This document shows positions 26,639 through 36,400 of a DNA stretch of 40,413 bases, piece by piece. How positions within the stretch are numbered: the stretch's first letter is position 1; each line of letters starts with the position of its first letter. The DNA comes from a virus. Lineage: Duplodnaviria > Caudoviricetes. The position numbers were made by a program, and so were the translations under genes. Location: positions 1 through 40,413 of the IMG/VR virus record IMGVR_UViG_3300012953_000004; one strand, 5' to 3'. The notes below the pieces were generated by a model. That model saw only the letters and a program-made list of their open reading frames with translations, was not told where the DNA came from and did not search any database.

Positions 26639-27650
26639 AGAACTAGTCCGAGATTTCGTAATGCTCTTTAAAGGGTTTCCTAACGCTTACGGAACCAATG
26701 AAGGTGGATGTAGATGGGAAAAGCCAAACTTTGAAAACCATCTCTTCGGAGATAGGGAAGATGACATGATTGGCACATACCCGATGGTTTACGATCCTCA
26801 TTGCAAGCTAAACATGCAAGGCCCAGAAGCCTACGACTCTGAGCGTAAATACACAGAAATGCAACCAGATATGTGGCATTGCATTTGGGGTGCTATTGAC
26901 ATAGACGAAGGCGATGACTCGCTAGACTATGCCTTTAACGCCCAGACAATACTTAGAGCTTTAGAGATACCTAGTTGGGTAGAACTCTCAAGGTCCAAAG
27001 GATGCCATGTGTGGGTATTTTGTGAAGAATGGGTTACTGCCAAGCTGATACGCAAGGTGTTAAAAGGTGTTATGCAAATAGGCAAGATACCTTACGATGC
27101 CGTGTACCCTAAGCAAGATTTTCTTGATGGGCCAGTTGGCAACTACATGAGGCTTCCTTATGGCTGTAAGCGACCCAAACAACGTCAGGTAATGATAAAC
27201 CACACAAGCGAACCATACGACTTAGAGTCGTTTCTGTTTACAGCGATTGACAGAAAGGCTAGCAAAGTGGCTTTAGAGGCAGCGTCTACGCTGTATAAAG
27301 AGCCACAGGCTGACTTGCCACCTCCACGTGAGTACTCCAAGGAACCGTTGATGACGGCAGATGGCAGTAAACTTCGTGGAGCTTCTAGACGAATGTATGA
27401 AGACGGTCCTGTTCAGTATTTTCTTACAGGACAAGGCGCAGGTCGTGGTCGCCACGGCTTTCTACACAGATTTGCTAGAGCAATGTGGGAGTCAAAGTAC
27501 CAGAGAGGTGATATAGTTTCATGGACTGCAGATCTAGACGCTCGTCTTGGTCTATGGTTTAGTGAAGGACCTAAATTCTCTGGGAGGCGAGATGCCGAAA
27601 AGCAAATCCAAAAAATCGTTGATGACGCAGGCTCAAGAGCCTTGCGTTGA
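26631..27650 (+). CDS. AEP-superfamily primase (TOTE-like)
   Basis: HLFG..IGTYP, WGAIDID, ELSRSKGCHVWVF, VYPKQ, GNYMRLPY. Confidence 0.88.
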   Translation: MNEELVRDFVMLFKGFPNAYGTNEGGCRWEKPNFENHLFGDREDDMIGTYPMVYDPHCKLNMQGPEAYDSERKYTEMQPDMWHCIWGAIDIDEGDDSLDYAFNAQTILRALEIPSWVELSRSKGCHVWVFCEEWVTAKLIRKVLKGVMQIGKIPYDAVYPKQDFLDGPVGNYMRLPYGCKRPKQRQVMINHTSEPYDLESFLFTAIDRKASKVALEAASTLYKEPQADLPPPREYSKEPLMTADGSKLRGASRRMYEDGPVQYFLTGQGAGRGRHGFLHRFARAMWESKYQRGDIVSWTADLDARLGLWFSEGPKFSGRRDAEKQIQKIVDDAGSRALR

Positions 27651-27981
27651 GTTCATTGTTGAGGGCCGACCCAAGCCAAAGGGTCGCCCTCGCATGACTC
27701 GTAGGGGTAGAGTGTATACACCCATAGAAACGATAGAAGCTGAAGAACTTTATGCTGAAACAATAGCAGACAAATACGAACAATTTGAGGGGCCTGTGAC
27801 AGTGATACTTAAATTCAGCAAAGACAACACTTACGTTCAGATTTGTTCAGCAGGAGATTGGAAATCTCCCTTGCGTGGAGATCTGGACAATTATATTAAA
27901 TTGGCTTTAGACGGCATACAACGTGCAGGACTTATTAAAAACGACAAACAAGTTGTCCACGTTGATGCCATTAAGGTATGA
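27592..27981 (+). CDS. rusA: RusA-like Holliday junction resolvase
   Basis: PKPKGRPR, YTP..T, GDLDNYIKLALDG, NDKQV. Confidence 0.9.
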   Translation: MPKSKSKKSLMTQAQEPCVEFIVEGRPKPKGRPRMTRRGRVYTPIETIEAEELYAETIADKYEQFEGPVTVILKFSKDNTYVQICSAGDWKSPLRGDLDNYIKLALDGIQRAGLIKNDKQVVHVDAIKV

Positions 27982-27982
27982 G

Positions 27983-28420
27983 ATGAGTTTTAAGGATAGA
28001 GATTTTGAACACAGGTTTAAGATGATGGGTGACATAGCGGAACAAGCATTTGAAACCATATGGCACACTAATTGGGAGAGATTTGGGCTAAATAGGCCTA
28101 GGTTAAAGATGAGTGCTTTGCCACCAGTAATCAGGCACACGCCCGATTACCTAACGTCTAACAACCTCGTAGAAGTGCAAGGCTTAGGCAGGGATCAAAC
28201 GCTTAAGCTTAAGCTTGAAAAGTACGAAGCGCTAGAGTGGTGGAATAAAGTTCACCCACTTTTGTTTTTCGTTTATGACTCCCATAATGATCGGGCGCAT
28301 TCCCTTGAATGGAAAGCCCTAAAAAAACTGTGCAAATACGCACAAATTGAAGAATTTCCTGAAGGGAAAAAGTACTATGCCATACATGCTGAACTAATAT
28401 GGGGTAATGGCAAAACGTGA
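27983..28420 (+). CDS. PD-(D/E)XK-like endonuclease
   Basis: GDIAEQAF, HTPDYL, LVEVQG (Q replaces the usual K). Confidence 0.65.
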   Translation: MSFKDRDFEHRFKMMGDIAEQAFETIWHTNWERFGLNRPRLKMSALPPVIRHTPDYLTSNNLVEVQGLGRDQTLKLKLEKYEALEWWNKVHPLLFFVYDSHNDRAHSLEWKALKKLCKYAQIEEFPEGKKYYAIHAELIWGNGKT

Positions 28421-28784
28421 CTTTATTATTGACCCGATTGAAGCATCGTGGATATTTGATAAAGCATACAACAAACAGAAACACAGAGTAGCCACAGCAA
28501 TGGAGGCTCTTATGCTTGCGGAACCTCACAAAACGCCTGAAGTTTCCTTAGAAGAGCAACACGACCTTAGAGAAATCCTTGTTAGCGCATTAGACACACT
28601 TGAACCTATAGAGCTTTGGATCATCAACGCTTTACTATTTGAAAAGTTAAGCTTACGAGAAGTTCAACACATATTAGGAATACCAAAAACCACTCTTGCT
28701 AGAAAGCGAGACAGAATCTTAGAAAAACTAAGAAACAAAATACGAACCATCCCACAAGTAAAGGAGTATCTAGATGGACAATAA
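28407..28784 (+). CDS. Sigma-70 region-4-like HTH protein (candidate late regulator)
   Basis: ALDTLEPIE..II...FEKLSLREVQHILGIPKTTLARKRDRILEKLR. Confidence 0.8.
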   Translation: MAKRDFIIDPIEASWIFDKAYNKQKHRVATAMEALMLAEPHKTPEVSLEEQHDLREILVSALDTLEPIELWIINALLFEKLSLREVQHILGIPKTTLARKRDRILEKLRNKIRTIPQVKEYLDGQ

Positions 28785-29334
28785 TAACGACATAATGCCT
28801 AGGTATTGGGAAGATGCAGCAGGCTTAATGGCTTTTAGAATAGACGATGCCAGAGGCAGAGGTTTAAAACACCCAAATGCAGAAGAAGGATTCTTTGCAT
28901 TGCTTAAAGCTATACGTGAAGAATACGACACTTGGTGCATAAAACTTTATGGGGTGTTAGACGAAGACATTGACGAAACAGTAGTAGCTAATTGGTTTAC
29001 TGCGTTTGCGACACTGGTTTTAGACGCAGGCGAAACACACATAGAGATTAACATTCCTGATGCGGAATCATTGTTGCCGTTGCTTACAGCAAAACAACAT
29101 GATTACGGACACATGAATATTCAAAAATTTGGGTTAGACGGCATTCTAGTCAGGATGCACGACAAGATAGCTCGCTTAGAGAACCTGACAATGCGTTCTT
29201 ACGACATAGGCGATGATGAACTTTGCGAAGCAAAAGCTGACACCATCGCAGACCTAGTAGGATACTGCATAATTGCGTGCATGTACGCTTATGAAATATG
29301 GATGCTCCCCATGCAACTTGACGACATTGATTAA
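28774..29334 (+). CDS. DUF1599 / nucleotide-modification-associated domain 1 protein
   Basis: KQHDYG..NIQKFG..GILVRMHDKIARLENL...DTIADLVGYCII. Confidence 0.85.
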   Translation: MDNNNDIMPRYWEDAAGLMAFRIDDARGRGLKHPNAEEGFFALLKAIREEYDTWCIKLYGVLDEDIDETVVANWFTAFATLVLDAGETHIEINIPDAESLLPLLTAKQHDYGHMNIQKFGLDGILVRMHDKIARLENLTMRSYDIGDDELCEAKADTIADLVGYCIIACMYAYEIWMLPMQLDDID

Positions 29335-29516
29335 TGAAGCATCAAGTCCACATACATCAACAACGTTTACGACAAGGAAAACCTGCAATCATACACAGAA
29401 CCTATAAAGGGTCTGAGTATCACCAAGAGTTTGAAATCCCTAAAAAAGCTAAGGTTATACAACCAGAAAAACCACTTTCTTGTGGCGCTCGTGCATGGAT
29501 TGAATGGGAAGATTAA
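29334..29516 (+). CDS. Small hypothetical protein (60 aa)
   Basis: VHIHQQ..., PEKPLSCGARAWIE, a recurrent phage motif. Confidence 0.75.
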   Translation: MKHQVHIHQQRLRQGKPAIIHRTYKGSEYHQEFEIPKKAKVIQPEKPLSCGARAWIEWED

Positions 29517-29680
29517 CTGTCTTTGTTAAAAGCTTTAGATACAGGGTTCTTAAAAAGGCAACCACCAATAAACGCTATTGCAGCATCTCCACCAATAGTT
29601 CCTACTGCTGCAAGCACAACAACAGCGCAAACACCCACAATTGTAAGCAATTCGCTTTTTAACTCTTTTACACTGTCCAT
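29513..29680 (-). CDS. Holin candidate (55 aa, two hydrophobic segments)
   Basis: Hand-translated MDSVKELKSELLTIVGVCAVVVLAAVGTIGGDAAIAFIGGCLFKNPVSKAFNKDS; GGAG SD; overlaps the endolysin stop. Confidence 0.7.
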   Translation of the reverse strand: MDSVKELKSELLTIVGVCAVVVLAAVGTIGGDAAIAFIGGCLFKNPVSKAFNKDS

Positions 29681-30411
29681 AAATATCTCCATGTCACTGG
29701 TCCAATAACCCCATCATTTGCAATAGGGTGTTGTTTTTGAAAGCGTAACACCGCTTTCTTAGTATTTCTACCGTAAATACCATCAACAACTAGGTTAACA
29801 GGAAGTCGTGCATTTAACTGGCTTTGAGCCATTTGCACGTATTTACCTTTAGATCCTTTACGCAATGGTTTACGTTGTAGTTTTACACCTATTTCTAACA
29901 GAGTTTTTCTAATGCCACTAAAATCTATCTTTTTAGGATTTTCACTAGCTTCTGGCATTCCTGCTTTAATCCAACTAGCTATAGCGTTAGATGGACAATA
30001 GGTCTTTGCAAAATCTCGGTGACATTTAATCCATAAATGATCACCGTATTTTTTACGCACGCCCTCAATAGCAATGCGTATTCCTTCTTTGCCCTTTTCA
30101 GTAATATCATCACCTGAGCCTATATAAGACAAAGAAATAGTTCTCCAATTCCAACCTCTAGTAGCTGCGCCTTGATGCCACCCACGACCCTCAAATATTT
30201 CCCCATTTTCCCCAATTAAAAAATTGTACCCAATTGATTTCCAACCAAGAGTTTTAGTGTGATAACGGTCATGGCTTTTTACACGTTCGGCAGGCATTGA
30301 TGAAGCGCCAGTAGTGTGATGCACAACGATGCCAACAGGTTTAACACGAAACGGAGATAACCGTTTTCCCGAATCAATTGCTCCCCATTCTTTACGAGTA
30401 ATAATTTTCAT
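29668..30411 (-). CDS. Endolysin: Amidase_2 (PGRP/T7 lysozyme-like) plus C-terminal peptidoglycan-binding domain
   Basis: IVVHHT, IGYNFLI, EGRGW, HRDFAKTYCP; LRKGSKG..V..Q..L, VDGIYG..T, DGVIGPVTW. Confidence 0.93.
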   Translation of the reverse strand: MKIITRKEWGAIDSGKRLSPFRVKPVGIVVHHTTGASSMPAERVKSHDRYHTKTLGWKSIGYNFLIGENGEIFEGRGWHQGAATRGWNWRTISLSYIGSGDDITEKGKEGIRIAIEGVRKKYGDHLWIKCHRDFAKTYCPSNAIASWIKAGMPEASENPKKIDFSGIRKTLLEIGVKLQRKPLRKGSKGKYVQMAQSQLNARLPVNLVVDGIYGRNTKKAVLRFQKQHPIANDGVIGPVTWRYLWTV

Positions 30412-30431
30412 ACCTATAAGACTCCTTGTCC

Positions 30432-33400
30432 CTAATTGTTGTTATGAATAGCATCCAACAACTGTAAGCGGTTAGCATCAGTTACTTTTTGCCTATTTTC
30501 GTAATATCTTCCTACTTCAGCTTGTTCTATTTCATAAGGACTAAGTGTTCTTAATCCTATTCCAAAGAACCAACTCATTATATTGGAAAAATGCCTTTGC
30601 TGGTATTTCTCCTCAGTAGGAGCTACCCTACGCAAATCGCTAATAGGAGGCGTTACTTGTGTTAAAAAGTGCAACCATTTAGATTTTACAGCATAACCAC
30701 CGTTAGGTAAAGGCTTTGCAACACCTTGTGTTTCTAACATTGGCATCAGTAACGGAACTTTCTCCAACCAGAAAGGCACATGTTCGTATCTGTCTTTAAA
30801 TGAATAGTCTTTCCAAATGTTCCTATTCATCATCAACTCCAAAGGAGCTTTGACTAATGGGGTCATCATTGACGCTCCAGAGCGCAATGTGGCCCCTGCT
30901 GCGCCTAATACATCACCTTGAGCTAATTCGCTAACAGGATCGTTAATCATGTCAAAAGTAGAACGAATAGGAAGATCTGGCATAAAGAAAACAGGGTTTC
31001 CTTGCACATCCATACTTGCAGGCAATCGCACACCGCCCTGTCTTAGCATCCAGTCAGGAACAGGGCCGACATCCCTATCTTCCTTGTCAGATAACGCACG
31101 CATTGTTAATGCGTATCTATGAAATTTAGCTGGCTGTTGAAAATATTGTCCAATAGTTAAAGGAATAGCGTGACGTGACCACGTATAAAACGGAATTAAT
31201 CTTTTAACTTTCCGCTCAGTTTGACTTAAATCAGAATAATCAAAATGCCATTTAACTATGTTATCCCAAGCGTCATCTACAGTTCCACCAGAATTTAACG
31301 TGTGCAACCCTAAAGATCCTCTTACTACATCTTCTACAGTAGCGTTAGCGCCTCTAAATTTTTTAAGACCAATAAATTGAGAACTAAAAGGCATTGATGC
31401 TCGTATGTTCCAGTCTCTTCCCCTCCATCGTTTAACAGTCTCTATTTCCCTGTTTCCAATTTTTATTGATCGTTTAGAATCAGGAATAAATTCTTGCCCA
31501 TAAAAACCAGACCCTTCTTTACCTACTAAACCACCGTCCATCATTACACGAACTGCGTTAATGTCTTTAGGATTAGTCTTTTTGCGTGCTGCATCAGCCA
31601 ATTGCTGTGCGTCACGCAATACACGCCTACGTAATTTAGGTTTAGAAGCTCCAAATATAGCTGCATCAGCTATTTCGTCTTGATATTTTAAATACTTAAA
31701 GGCGTTTAAAAATTGGCTATAAGCGCTTACAGGAACATCAGCTAAATAATTCATCCATAACGCTCCGTAAAAGTTTCTAGCCAAGAAGCCTGCTTTTAAA
31801 ATCATGTAACCTTTTGTAACGTTATGAACGTTGTCGTAATACTGAACAAGAGTCTTGGGAGGTTTACCTGTAGTTTCTAACCCAAGTTTTGTCGTACCCA
31901 TTATTGTTTCAGTTATTCCTTCTCTAGTGGAATTAGCTAAACCAACTGGGTTCTTAGCAGCATCATGTGCATAAATTAATGATGTGAAAAGACGTTCTTT
32001 CGTCTTTTCACTCATTTCTGAGTAATTAGGTACAAATAACTGGTCTACATCTGGTTTAGGATTATTCAAAGTCTTAAGAACATAGTCAATTTCATCTAAG
32101 TCATTAATTCCTATTTGCTTTAAAGAAGCTGAAAAATCTAAAAGATTTTCCAAGCTTCCTATCGCTAACAAGTCATCTTCAGCAATACCATCTACCATGT
32201 TCTTTAATTTGTTTCTGGCATCAACGTGAAGCTGTAAGCGTTGAGTAACAAAATCTAGCGCTTGTTTCTCTTGAAGAATACGCAATTCCACATCTTCTAA
32301 CTCTTTTGCTAAACCTGTTATTTCAATATCTTCATCAGGCATCCACTTTCTCAACTTTTCAACATCTTTAGACAATTGCGTGTCATAAGGCCTAGAAGTT
32401 CTTATCTTATGCAAATCGCCTAAAGCTTTAAGTCTGTCCATGTAATGAGCTTGCAAATTCTCCATATTGTACTTAATTTGCTTAGACTCATTAATGCTTT
32501 CAAAAACGTCTTTCTTTAACAGACTGTAGTTTTCTCGGCCAATATCGTAAGCAGCTTGATCTTTAACATCAAGCGCTTGGGCCAACCCTTTTCTTTCTAC
32601 CAATTTACCTTTAGGTCTTCCACCTTTAATAAACATAGGGAAAATGTTTCCTCTGCCAGAAGCTTGTAAAGCTTCATAAGCAGCTTTTTCAGTAACACTT
32701 GCGCCTTTAAAATCAAGAGTTGGATTATTTAAAAAGTTTCTTACTTGCTCATCGTAACGTTTAATAAGTGATTCTCGTGTAGGTATTTTACTTGCAACAA
32801 TTTCGTCAATAAGCTCTTGCTCGTCAGCGTTCCACCATTTTTTCCACTTTTCATCAAGTACAGGATTGTCGTTAAAAGCATAAATCTTTTGATCTGTGTA
32901 AAGTTCATCAAACCCTGCAACTACATGATGGTTGTCAGATGGCTTAGGAATACCTGTAGCTCCTTCTTCAAGCTCAGTTGAAAAATCTTGCCTGATAGCT
33001 CTACGAGGAACATCTGGATCACGTTCTAACACTTTAAACCTATTAACATACGTTTCTGCATCAACTTCACGCAAAGTACCTTCAGCTATTAACTGCTTCA
33101 CAGTGTCGTCACCACCCCTGAACGTATCTGCTAAACCTTTAGCCGTATAAACTCTTGTAACTAAACCAGTACGCATTTGCTCATTTGACGCTGCCAAAAA
33201 ATGATGCACGTCTATAGCAGCATTAATCTGTTGTTGCGCCCTTTGAGCAGCCCATTCAGGATCAACAACAATCGCATTAGGATTAGTAATCGTGTAATCC
33301 ATTGTAAATGGAGCCTGAACAGTGCCTTTACGAGCTTGTTCTACTGGGTCCGCCATAGCGTCCCAAGTTTCATTCTCAAGCTGAGAAGCCTGCCTACTGC

Positions 33401-36400
33401 TCATTCTTCTATTAATACCTTCTACGTCAAGCCCTATAGTTTCCTGTTGAGCGACAATGTAAGCGTCATCTATTACGTCATCTTGATCACCGTATCTACC
33501 TGCAACTTCTCGCATTTCCCTTTCAGTACTACGGCTGTATTGAGCTTGATCCCTGTAACCCCCAGACCTAAGTTTAGACCTAACGTTTCTAACGTTTGAA
33601 TTAAAGCTTTGATCATACGTAGCTTGACCGTGCATCCTAGGTTGAGAAACACCTATATACCCATCATTAGCTAAAGACATTTTCCAATCGTCTATCATCC
33701 TCTTAGCTAAAAGGCTGTCAGCGCCCTCAACGTTAGCAAACAATTGCATTACCCTATTTACGTGAACATAAGATTGCATCTTAGCTTTAAGAATTTCATC
33801 CTTAAAATGAGGATTAGATGGGCTTGTCGCATACGCATACTCACCCAAATCGTCCATAAAATTATTAAACCGATCACCGTCTCTAGTCAAATAGCCATTA
33901 ACTGCGTCTATTTGCCTGTATTTGTTATCTCTCCAAGAAAGAAACTCAAGTACTTCTTGGAAGGTTCCACCTTCATTAAAGTAATTTGCCATAATAGGAT
34001 CAGTTTTAATAGCAGCTCTTATAGAGCGAACACGACCCATTGTTCTTACAGAAGTAATCGTATCCCTTCTAGTTGCTGCAGTCATAGTATCAACTACGCT
34101 AGGAACACTACTCCCTTCAGAAACTCTGTAAATGTCGTTTAGAATTACTTTACCTTCACCTGTTGCAGGGGAAATACCTGCAGGAGTAACCTGAACAACT
34201 TCAGTAGCAGGTTGTGGCAATCCTAAATCTGCGTCTTGTAACTCTAAACTCCCTTTGTATTTGTTAGCAAGCAACAACTCCATCTCTTTAGCTTGTTTAG
34301 CTGTTAAAGCGTCCTTAGTAACTACTCGTATTATTTCATCCATGACAAGCGGATCTTGTCTTCCTAAAATATCTACCATTCGTTCGCCCAAAGAAATCAT
34401 GTCTTGTGGCATAAGTTTGGTAGGTCCTTCCCAGCCAACCAAACGAAGTATTTGATCAGTAAACTGACTCAAATCATCACCCTTAAGGCCAGCAGGGTTA
34501 GCAGGACTAAGCTCAGTCCAAAATCTGTACAAACCTTCTTCGTAACCATTAAAACTAATAAGGGATGTATCGCCCATAGTTCTAGCTTCTGCATCTAGCT
34601 TAAGTAAAGTTGCCATAATTTCTTCAGGTTCTTTAACTTGAAGAACAGGATCAACACCATAAAACCTTATTTCTCCCATGTTTGTATCAACAGCTAGACC
34701 TTGATACTTAACCCCTTCCCTGTAAGCGTAAGGCGCTAACGTCATCCTAGACTTACCCCCAAATGGGCTTTGCTGATGGCCCATGACATCAGAAAGGCCC
34801 AAAGGTTTAGCAATTGTGTCATCGTAGCCACCTGAATTATCCAAAAGTCTAAGAAGACCAGTTTTACCTTCTGTTGCCCACGTATCTAAAACAACTTTGG
34901 TTGGCAAAACGTTAGAAGCAAACTGCTTCAGCATTTCGTCTTCGTCTGTCAAATAAGGTAACCCAAAATATTCAGATAAATATTTTGTTCTAACTTCCAA
35001 GAAATGCGCTAGTTCATCTAATGTTTTTGCATCTAAATCAGGAACAGCGTTCTCTAAATAATTTTTCCAACCTCCCACAGAGTTACGCACATGCAACATT
35101 CGTTCTACTTGCTGATTCATTGAATCAGGCATAAACCCACTAGGTAATTTTCTAGCAATATCTTCAGGAATATTATTAGGAAAGTACAAACTTTCATCTA
35201 TAGCCCCATACATTTTAGGACCTAAACCTAATTCCATAACTTCTGTAATGTCGTAATTAACGCCTACAACTTCCCTTGGCTGTCCACTAGCTCTAGTTGG
35301 AGTAAGCGGATCTCCTTGCCTTGCAAGGTCATCTACGCCTTCAAAAACTTTATTTAGCTCTTCTGCTAAATCATCTTTGACTCGCATTATTTGAGCTTCC
35401 ATGTCTTTAGGTTTTAATTCTTCTAGTTTCGCAATCTTTCTTTGCGCACGCCTAGAAGCAAACCCAGCAGTCCGCCATTGCGTGTATTGAGTGCCAAATA
35501 TTTTGTCACCTTTACCAAATCCTTTAGTCTCAAGCCATTCCTGAGTTAAAGAATTCTTGCGTTCTTTAATTTCTATTTTGCTAGGTTTCCTAGCTTGACG
35601 CTCTACTACAGTTCCATCTAATTGCGTGTAACTTACCCTATCTCGTGGAGTAATCTCCTTTACACCTTTAGGCGTTTTAGGACGTTTAGGTTCAACAGTA
35701 GGGCGAGGCCTAGGTGGCTCTAACGGTGGAGGAGAATCTACAGGCACAAAACTAACATTGTCTATTACGCTTGCGTTAATAGAATCCACCATTGCATCAA
35801 ATTCCATAGGGTGCGTATCTACGACATCAGCAGCATAATGATACAACCCAGTTTCTTTAGTTAATTGTTCCGCTAAATCATTTGCTGCCTGTTGACGGAT
35901 TTGATCATCCGTCATATCCCAAGCAGCATTAGTAGCCACAGTAGACTTACCACTGTTAGCTTCCCAATTTTTAAATTCAATGTCGTATTTTTCCCAAGCT
36001 TTACGATCTTGATTGTAAGCGGTTACTTCTTTGTTGTATTGAATCATTTCAGCTTCATACACTTGTTGCACTTTGGCATCAGGATCTGCAAGAGACTCAG
36101 GTGTGCTTTTGCTAACTATAATGTTATTTTGATCATCCACAGAAACAGTAGTTGGTTGCTTTTCAACCAACTGCAGTCTTCCGTCAACATATTCTAAAGC
36201 TTTATAGGGTTGTCCATCAGGAAGATGTTTTTCAGTTCCTTTAGAAGTAAAGAAAGCATCATCCATTCCATACCTAACAGTCCTAAATCTACCAAACCTT
36301 TCAGCTTGATTACCCCAAGCATCAAGAGCACTAGGTCTACCAGTTGTAGGGTTTACCTCTCCCCACAAAATACCGTAATTTCTAGCAGAACCTGTTCCAT

